From an uncultured Gammaproteobacteria bacterium (GTDB lineage: Bacteria > Pseudomonadota > Gammaproteobacteria > Tethybacterales > CBDBMS01), in NCBI GenBank assembly GCA_964654265.1, contig CAZZIL010000360.1:1-28642 (forward strand): 28,642 nucleotides of DNA. Reading direction: 5' to 3'. Below are positions 9,670 through 16,033 of this stretch, one piece after another. The position numbers and the translations under genes were made by a program. The notes under the pieces were generated by a model. The model made no database searches and was not told where the DNA came from. It worked only from the letters and a program-made list of their open reading frames with translations. Position 1 is the stretch's first letter. Every line of letters starts with the position of its first letter.

Positions 9670-9792
9670 GCGCGCCGCGGACGGGTCCGCGACCAGCCAG
9701 CCGCCTGCCCAACTGGCTGTCACACAATGGCAACACGACACCCGCTCTGTGCACGGCGGCAGCCCCCGCATGCCGCTCGGACCATCCCGGAG

Positions 9793-9801
9793 TGGTATAC
9801 T
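9793..9801 (+). promoter_or_regulatory. putative extended -10 promoter (TGg-TATACT) for the ATPase-protease operon
   Basis: TGGTATACT about 150 nt upstream of ATG 9952. Confidence 0.5.
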
Positions 9802-9951
9802 GGAACAGAGGAACCTGCTGGCGGGGTCCGCGGATAGGGTGCCTCCTCCAAGCCTAGGCTTAGGGCGAGGGACCTGCGGAGGCAACAAGAGTCCCACTGG
9901 GGCACTTGCCTCAACCGGGACGCCACAGCGCACGATGGCGAAGACGGACAC

Positions 9952-10935
9952 ATGGCACGAGCTGACTTGCTACTGAACTTGGTCAAGGCCGGGACACGCG
10001 GCGACCAGGCGCAGTTTCAGCGGACCGTCGAGGCGCTGGTAGTCGATGAGCGCGCCAAGAAGCACGACGTCTTGGCGGATCGGTTGCTTGCCCAGATTCG
10101 CCGGGACGTGAACGGGCAGTCTAGCTCCCCCAACGGGAGAAGCGTGCACCTGCCCGCCACCCCCTACACGATCGAACGGGCACCGGAAAGACACCTCTGC
10201 GACTTGGTGCTCCCGCCCGAGGTGGAGGAGGCTGTGTCCGGACTGATCGAGGAGCAACATCGCGGGGACCTGTTGCGCTCCTACAACCTCACGCCGCGCA
10301 ACCGGGTGCTACTAGCCGGCCCCCCGGGCAACGGGAAGACATCGCTCACCGAGGCTATCGCCGACGCGCTGCACGTCCCCCTCCTGACAGTCCGTTACGA
10401 TTCGGTGATCGCAAGCTACCTTGGCGAGACCGCCCAACGCATCGGCCAAGTCTTCGAGCATGCCAGGTCGAGACGTTGTGTCCTGTTCTTCGATGAGTTC
10501 GACGCGATCGCAAAAGAGCGGGGAGACCCGCGCGAAACCGGGGAGATCAAGCGCGTGGTCAGCTCCCTGCTACTGCAGGTCGACGACCTTCCGAGCCATG
10601 TCGTTGTTGTCGCCGCAAGCAACCATCCAGAGCTGCTGGACCGGGCCGTGTGGCGGCGATTCCAGCTGCGTCTGGAGCTGCCGATGCCCCAACAGACCCA
10701 AATCGAGAGATGGGTCCGCCACTTCGAGGAACACACTGGCCAAGCCTTGGGCATGCAACCGCGCACCATTGCCCAACAGCTCGTGGGCCTGAGCTTCAGC
10801 GAGGTGGAAGATGTCGGCACCGATATTCTGCGGAAGATAGTTCTCGGTCAACCCGGAACAGATCCCCGGAAAGTCGCCGAGCAGAGTCTGCGCCAGTGGA
10901 GAAAGCGTTTTCGCATCTCCGAGCAAGACCAGTAA
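9952..10935 (+). CDS. ietA: AAA+ ATPase, IetA-like partner of an S8 protease
   Basis: Walker A GPPGNGKT, Walker B LFFDEFD, sensor-1/arginine fingers AASNHPELLDRAVWRRF; helical N-terminus MARADLLLNLVKAG; 8 nt upstream of an S8 protease gene. Confidence 0.85.
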   Translation: MARADLLLNLVKAGTRGDQAQFQRTVEALVVDERAKKHDVLADRLLAQIRRDVNGQSSSPNGRSVHLPATPYTIERAPERHLCDLVLPPEVEEAVSGLIEEQHRGDLLRSYNLTPRNRVLLAGPPGNGKTSLTEAIADALHVPLLTVRYDSVIASYLGETAQRIGQVFEHARSRRCVLFFDEFDAIAKERGDPRETGEIKRVVSSLLLQVDDLPSHVVVVAASNHPELLDRAVWRRFQLRLELPMPQQTQIERWVRHFEEHTGQALGMQPRTIAQQLVGLSFSEVEDVGTDILRKIVLGQPGTDPRKVAEQSLRQWRKRFRISEQDQ

Positions 10936-10943
10936 GAACAGCC

Positions 10944-13463
10944 ATGGCCACTCACCCACATCTGATCTTTCCAAAGCCGGGGCAAACCGTAGCACCCTCA
11001 CGTAGGGGTGGCGGGGACGTCAAGACCCCGACTCCCCAAGAACAAGGGAAACGACTTTCGCCAAGACTTGCGCATCTGGCAAGAGTCTTGGAACAAAAGC
11101 GCCTTGCCCTGAAGGACACATCGTTGGGACAAGAGCCGCATGAAGTGCTAGTGGTGGAGACGCGGGGCCCACCGCAAAAATTCATTGCGGCCGCAAAAAT
11201 GCTCGGATTTGGATGGCTCACGGAGGAGAGGCTGGAGGAAAAAATGCCCCCCGAACATGGTTTCGAGGCGGAATCCCGATCGCCCAAGAGAAGGACAAAA
11301 GGCCCGCCAAGAAAATTGTTCGGGCACCTCTATTTTGTTCTGGCAAACCGGACCGCCCTGGAGCAATTGCGCAAATTGTTTAAGCAGTGGGAGGAAACCC
11401 CGAAAATGAAATTTCCGCGCGGGATGGGTAAGCTCAAGGGTTTGTTTGTGCATGCCTACGACATCCGCTACTGGAGTGAGAAAGACCGCTTGCGGAGCAA
11501 CGGCTTCTTTAAAGACTGCGTAGGGCGCGCAGAGCACAAAGAGGATCGGTATCCCTTTGATGCAGAGCTTTGGTTCAAGCGAGATCCAAAAGAACGCCAA
11601 AAGATCGAAGCCGAGTTCATTAGAACCGTCAGGCAGCACGGCGGGACCATAACCGGACAAAGTGTCTTGTCTGATATCGCATACCATGGCATACTTGGGG
11701 ATGTCCCGAGCGCGATATTCGGGGACATGACAAACTTTGAGCGACACCCAATTTTCCAATGCCACAGCATTCGGTTCTTTGAAGCTGTCACAAAATGTTC
11801 TATCCCCTACCCCGGTGATACAGCAGGCGCAGAACCACTGGATTTTCACAAAACCAAGCCCCCAGATCTCCCTCCAGTCGTGGCCCTAATGGATGGGATG
11901 CCTCTGCAAAAGCACAGCTGCCTAGAAGGCCGAATCGAGATCATAGATCCCGATGATCTCCAAAGCGATAGTGATCCTAACACACGGAAGCACGGGACTG
12001 CCATGGCTTCGCTGATTTGTCACGGGGACCTAAACCTAGACGAAAAACCCATAAGGCAGATGCTGTGTGCTCTGCCAATCCTAAGGGCAAGACCCACCCT
12101 CAATGGCACAATCGAGGAAATTCCTGAGGGCCGTCTGATTGTAGACCAGATGCACCAGGCAGTGCGTCGTTTGAACGAATCCGCGCCGTCCATTCGCGTG
12201 GTGAATCTGTCAGTTTGCGATCCCCGAAGACCATTTGCACGGGAAATTAGTCCATGGGCGCGATTGTTGGACTGGCTTTCATACGAAAAAGACATTCTTT
12301 TCCTAGTGAGCGCAGGGAATTGCGACGTTTCTGTGTCACGAGACACAGGGACACAGCTTCCCCTTTCGGACTTAGACTGTTCGATTGCAAGCATCGTCCA
12401 ACATCCAGCGGACCGAAGAATCCTTGCACCAGCGGAAACTGTCAACGGTCTAACTGTGGGAGCAATCCAAACCGATTCGACGTTGTTTGATTATCAGAAG
12501 ACATATCTCACTGATCCATTTGAGAACCTGCGACTCCCAGGGCTCTATAGCGCACACGGCCCGGGATACCGCAAGGCGGTCAAGCCAGATATTTTTCTCC
12601 CCGGAGGGCGGGAACTATATGATGACCGTAAAACAGAACTCCGAACCAGTCAAACTCGGTTAGTTGGACAGAGGGTCGCCACTCCAGGTCATCTGCACGG
12701 GGGATTGACCGGTACTCGTCTCGAAATCGGCACTAGCAATGCCACCGCCCTAGCTGCTCGAAGCGCATGTTGTCTTCATGAAACGCTGAGCCTGTTGCGA
12801 GAACAAAACCATCAAGCACCATCACCAGAGTACGACACCGTTTTGCTTAAGACCCTTCTCGTCCATGGATCTGGTAGAAAACATTTTCCCCGGCACCAAG
12901 AAATCTTTGCGGAACATGGGGGGAAGCTCTCCCTAGAGCAACTTGGATATTATTTGGGATACGGAGAATTGGAGACTCCATCCGTGCAGACATGCACGGC
13001 CACACGTGTCACCGTATTGGGGTTCGGCTCTCTAAAGAACAAAATGGCACATTCTTTCTCCTTCCCATTTCCTCGAATTGTCTCCGATTCCAATCTGTCA
13101 CCCAGACTAATTGTGACCCTTGCTTGGCTCACCCCGATCAATCCGGAGAACCAAGAATACCGAGTTGCCAAGCTGTGGTTTCAGATTTCTGGCATGGAGG
13201 ATAACGACCTCTCGCGCGTGCGCACTGACCAGTATATGGCACAGCGAGGAACTGTCCAGCACGAAATATTTAATGTCAAGAGTGCCGTTGACCTTCGGGA
13301 AAGAAGCACAGCTGATATTCTCGTATGTTGTCGTGAAGAAGCAGGGAAGATCACGAAACCAATCCGGTACGGCCTAGCGGTTACTTTTGAGATCAGCCCT
13401 GAGTCCGAAATCGAGATCTACCAAGAAATCAAAGAGCGTCTCGAGGTCACTGTTGGGACGTAA
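10944..13463 (+). CDS. ietS: subtilisin-like S8 serine protease, IetS-like (839 aa)
   Basis: Intact catalytic set: VALMDG (Asp, 11892), KHGTAMAS (His, 11991), LVSAGN (oxyanion Asn), DRRILAPAE, GTSNATA (Ser, 12735). No signal peptide. ATG 10944 follows the ATPase stop. Confidence 0.88.
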   Translation: MATHPHLIFPKPGQTVAPSRRGGGDVKTPTPQEQGKRLSPRLAHLARVLEQKRLALKDTSLGQEPHEVLVVETRGPPQKFIAAAKMLGFGWLTEERLEEKMPPEHGFEAESRSPKRRTKGPPRKLFGHLYFVLANRTALEQLRKLFKQWEETPKMKFPRGMGKLKGLFVHAYDIRYWSEKDRLRSNGFFKDCVGRAEHKEDRYPFDAELWFKRDPKERQKIEAEFIRTVRQHGGTITGQSVLSDIAYHGILGDVPSAIFGDMTNFERHPIFQCHSIRFFEAVTKCSIPYPGDTAGAEPLDFHKTKPPDLPPVVALMDGMPLQKHSCLEGRIEIIDPDDLQSDSDPNTRKHGTAMASLICHGDLNLDEKPIRQMLCALPILRARPTLNGTIEEIPEGRLIVDQMHQAVRRLNESAPSIRVVNLSVCDPRRPFAREISPWARLLDWLSYEKDILFLVSAGNCDVSVSRDTGTQLPLSDLDCSIASIVQHPADRRILAPAETVNGLTVGAIQTDSTLFDYQKTYLTDPFENLRLPGLYSAHGPGYRKAVKPDIFLPGGRELYDDRKTELRTSQTRLVGQRVATPGHLHGGLTGTRLEIGTSNATALAARSACCLHETLSLLREQNHQAPSPEYDTVLLKTLLVHGSGRKHFPRHQEIFAEHGGKLSLEQLGYYLGYGELETPSVQTCTATRVTVLGFGSLKNKMAHSFSFPFPRIVSDSNLSPRLIVTLAWLTPINPENQEYRVAKLWFQISGMEDNDLSRVRTDQYMAQRGTVQHEIFNVKSAVDLRERSTADILVCCREEAGKITKPIRYGLAVTFEISPESEIEIYQEIKERLEVTVGT

Positions 13464-13467
13464 CCGC

Positions 13468-13489
13468 GCCGGACCTCCACAAATCCGGC
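13468..13489 (+). terminator. possible terminator hairpin after the S8 gene
   Basis: GCCGGA-N10-TCCGGC, 4 nt after the TAA; poor U-tract. Confidence 0.3.
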
Positions 13490-13701
13490 TGTCAAGGCAA
13501 GATCACCTAACACCCAAGAGTGCTTTGGGTCCATGTAGACAAACCAAGTGTTGCGTCGGCGGATTGGCGTTTCCTCGGAGTGCACGGTTTCATGTCCGGA
13601 CCTGCCGCTACGGTGCCAACCCCCAAGAACAAGTTCACGCCAGACAAGCCCGGACCTGTAGGGGAATCCCAAGACACGCATGAGGGGCACTGACCCGCGT
13701 C

Positions 13702-13761
13702 TAGGCTTTCGGGGACGCGCATCGCACAAATCCGCGCCCCTCCGCCGGTTAGGCTTTCGGG
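13702..13761 (+). repeat. 12-bp direct repeat TAGGCTTTCGGG x2 (period 48)
   Basis: Exact copies at 13702-13713 and 13750-13761, directly upstream of the TIR gene -35 box. Confidence 0.8.
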
Positions 13762-13778
13762 CACACCATCCTCCACGC

Positions 13779-13807
13779 TTGACCTCTTGGCCAGGCTCTG
13801 CTATACT
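13779..13807 (+). promoter_or_regulatory. near-consensus sigma70 promoter for the TIR gene
   Basis: -35 TTGACC (13779-13784), 17-nt spacer ending in TGC, -10 TATACT (13802-13807); GGAG/AGGA before GTG 13827. Confidence 0.75.
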
Positions 13808-13826
13808 ATCGGCGGAGTCAGGAAAA

Positions 13827-14459
13827 GTGAGACACAAGGTCTTCATCAGTCACCACCGCGAGGCGGACCAAGGCCACAAGGACCGACTGGTCGGCTTGGG
13901 GGCCGGTCTTTTCTTCATTGACCACCCGGTCTCGGACGGAGACATCCCCGACCACTGGGACACCGAGAGGATCCGGGAAAGGATCAGGATCGATCACCTT
14001 CAGGACTCCTCGGTGACGATCGTTCTCGTTGATCCTGGCGCGTGGCGACGAAAGCATGTCGACTGGGAGATCTACGCCAGCATGCGTCGCGCCCCCGGGA
14101 CTGAGCGCTCCGGGATTCTGGTCAGCGCCTTGCCGGAGGTGTACGTTCCCACCGACTACGAGATCGAGCGGAGGGTGGCGGAGTATCGGTCCATCGGCGG
14201 TGTCACGGAAAAGATGGCGGCCCTGTGGCGAATGTGGGCGAACCACATGCCGTGGGTGCCGGACCGGATCATCGACAATCTGGTCGAGGAGGATACCCAG
14301 GTTATCTTCTACGAGCTTCCCGACCTCGACAGGCACAGGCTTGAGGAGCAGGTCGAGTATGCCTACAGGACCCGCACCACGGGGAACTTCACCTTCCGCC
14401 GGGACCTGAAGAGACAGGACACCGAGCCTGCCCCCGGGTTGGTCGCGGACTGCTGGTAG
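13827..14459 (+). CDS. TIR-like domain protein (DUF1863/MTH538, Thoeris ThsB-like), 210 aa
   Basis: HKVFISHH, IRIDHLQDSSVTIVLV, RKHVDWEI (putative catalytic Glu81, codon 14067), PDRIIDN. GTG start supported by the promoter and RBS. Confidence 0.85.
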   Translation: MRHKVFISHHREADQGHKDRLVGLGAGLFFIDHPVSDGDIPDHWDTERIRERIRIDHLQDSSVTIVLVDPGAWRRKHVDWEIYASMRRAPGTERSGILVSALPEVYVPTDYEIERRVAEYRSIGGVTEKMAALWRMWANHMPWVPDRIIDNLVEEDTQVIFYELPDLDRHRLEEQVEYAYRTRTTGNFTFRRDLKRQDTEPAPGLVADCW

Positions 14460-14574
14460 ATCCCTGTCTGTCCCGGTGGGTCCTCCTCCCCTTCCCGGCG
14501 ATGGGCGCACAGGCGCGGCGGACCGACCGTCCCGCGTTGCCGGGAACCGCCTTCCCCTCCCCTGTGGACCCGCT

Positions 14575-14594
14575 GGCCGCCCCTCCGGGCGGCC
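14575..14594 (+). terminator. possible intrinsic terminator after the TIR gene
   Basis: 8-bp stem GGCCGCCC-CTCC-GGGCGGCC followed by GTTTG. Confidence 0.4.
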
Positions 14595-14596
14595 GT

Positions 14597-14625
14597 TTGC
14601 GCTTGGCGGGAATATCCGGTATAGT
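14597..14625 (+). promoter_or_regulatory. putative sigma70 promoter for acyP
   Basis: TTGCGC-17 nt-TATAGT. Confidence 0.5.
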
Positions 14626-14651
14626 GGGGGCAAACCATCGGACAAGCGGTT

Positions 14652-14945
14652 GTGGAGCACGAGATCATCAGGGCCAAGTTCAGGATCGTCGGCGCGGTCC
14701 AGAACGTCGGCTACCGCCACTGGCTGCGGGGGCATTGCACCCGGCACAACATCCGCGGCTGGGCGCGCAACGAGTGTGACAGCTCGGTGACCACCCTGCT
14801 GGTGGGGCCGAAGGAGCACGTCGACGAGCTGTCGGGGTGGCTGAGGATCGGGCCGGAATCCGCCAGCGTGCTCGACGCCACCGCCCTCAGGCTGGAGGAC
14901 GAGGACACCGGCTGGAACGGCGACGGGTTCGAGGTGTTGGGCTAG
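14652..14945 (+). CDS. acyP: acylphosphatase
   Basis: 97 aa; GAVQNVGYR phosphate-binding loop with the catalytic Arg, GWARN with the catalytic Asn, WLRIGP. Confidence 0.85.
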   Translation: MEHEIIRAKFRIVGAVQNVGYRHWLRGHCTRHNIRGWARNECDSSVTTLLVGPKEHVDELSGWLRIGPESASVLDATALRLEDEDTGWNGDGFEVLG

Positions 14946-16033
14946 CCTCCCGCCTCGGCCGCCTCGCCGTCGGGCCCGCCGGCAAGGAGCCTCTCGCTCT
15001 CATCGCGCACCGCCTCGACCATCGCCTCGACGTTCGCCGGCGGTGTCCGCCGGTCGATGCCGTGCCCCAGGTTGAACACGTGCCCCGGGAAGGGGCCGTA
15101 CTCCCTCAGGCAACGCGCCGCCTCGCGCCGCACCGTGCCGGGGTCCGCCGCCAGCAGCACCGCCGGGTCCATGTTCCCCTGCACCGCGACCTTGCCGCCG
15201 GTGCGCGCGCGCACGTCGCCCAGGTCCGCCCGCCAGTCGACCCCGATCGCCGCGCAGCCGGACTGCGCGATCTGCTCGCACCAGCTCCCGCCGGCGCGGA
15301 CAAACACGATCGCCGGCGTCTCCGGGCGCCGGGCCGCGAGCGCCGCGAGCGCCTGGCGGATGTACGGGAGCGAGAACTCGTTGAAGCCCGCGTCCGAAAG
15401 CAGGGATCCCCAGCTTTCGAAGACCATCACGATGTCGGCCCCGGCGTCCGCCTGCGCGGCGAGGTGCGCCCCCACGGCGTCCGCGGCCGTGCGCAGCACG
15501 TGGTGCGCCGCCGCCGGCGCCTCCGCGAGCGCGAGTCGCGCCCGCATGAAGTCGCCGCCCTGGCCGTCGACCATGTAGCACATCAGGGTGAACGGCGCGC
15601 CGGCGAACCCGATGAGCGGGACGTCGGCCCTGAGCTCGTTGCGCGCCATGGCGATCGCCTCGCAGGTGTGCGCCAGCGCCTGCGGGTCCGGCGGCGCGAG
15701 TCCGAGCATGCGCCTCTCGGTGTCGAGCGGGCGGGCGAATCTCGGCCCCTCCCCCTCGACGACGGTGAGTCCGAGTCCCATCGCGTCCGGGACGGTGAGG
15801 ATGTCGGAGAAGATGATGGCGGCGTCGAGGCCGTAGCGCCGCACCGGCTGGAGCGTCACCTCGCACGCGAGCTCGGGGGTCTGGCACAGGCGCATGAAGG
15901 AGCCGGCCCGCTCGCGCGTGCGCCGGTACTCCTCGAGGTGGCGTCCCGCCTGGCGCATCATCCACACCGGCCTTCGGGCCGTGCGCTCCAGGCGCAGGGT
16001 GCGCATCATGGCCCCGTCGTCGGCGGCGCTCAC
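14942..16033 (-). CDS. hemE: uroporphyrinogen decarboxylase
   Basis: PVWMMRQAGR, AAIIFSDIL, LIGFAGAPFTL, VQGNMDP, FNLGHGI. GTG at 16033 overlaps the upstream TGA (GTGA); alternative ATG 16009. Confidence 0.96.
   Translation of the reverse strand: MSAADDGAMMRTLRLERTARRPVWMMRQAGRHLEEYRRTRERAGSFMRLCQTPELACEVTLQPVRRYGLDAAIIFSDILTVPDAMGLGLTVVEGEGPRFARPLDTERRMLGLAPPDPQALAHTCEAIAMARNELRADVPLIGFAGAPFTLMCYMVDGQGGDFMRARLALAEAPAAAHHVLRTAADAVGAHLAAQADAGADIVMVFESWGSLLSDAGFNEFSLPYIRQALAALAARRPETPAIVFVRAGGSWCEQIAQSGCAAIGVDWRADLGDVRARTGGKVAVQGNMDPAVLLAADPGTVRREAARCLREYGPFPGHVFNLGHGIDRRTPPANVEAMVEAVRDESERLLAGGPDGEAAEAGG

Larger units (their letters stand above)
9670..14460. mobile_element. horizontally acquired defence islet (no integrase or att site seen)
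   Basis: Abrupt fall in GC and change in codon usage after the ispG stop, strongest in 10944-13463 (many A/T-ending codons); cargo genes belong to defence-associated families. Boundaries are approximate. Confidence 0.7.

Noticed and set aside
13464-13826. Possible CRISPR mini-array
   Set aside because: Repeats are only 8-12 bp, of three different sequences, irregularly spaced, and no cas genes are present.
13418-13846. Short minus-strand ORFs (142 aa and 89 aa) in the protease-TIR spacer as an antitoxin or transposase remnant
   Set aside because: No recognisable motif or RBS, and they overlap both neighbouring genes or the promoter; cannot be supported without homology.
9952-14459. Calling the islet a complete Thoeris system
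   Set aside because: No ThsA-type effector (SIR2-STALD, TM-Macro or caspase) in the window.
14652-14945. Acylphosphatase as part of the defence islet
   Set aside because: It has its own promoter after a terminator-like hairpin, backbone-like codon usage and intact canonical catalytic residues.
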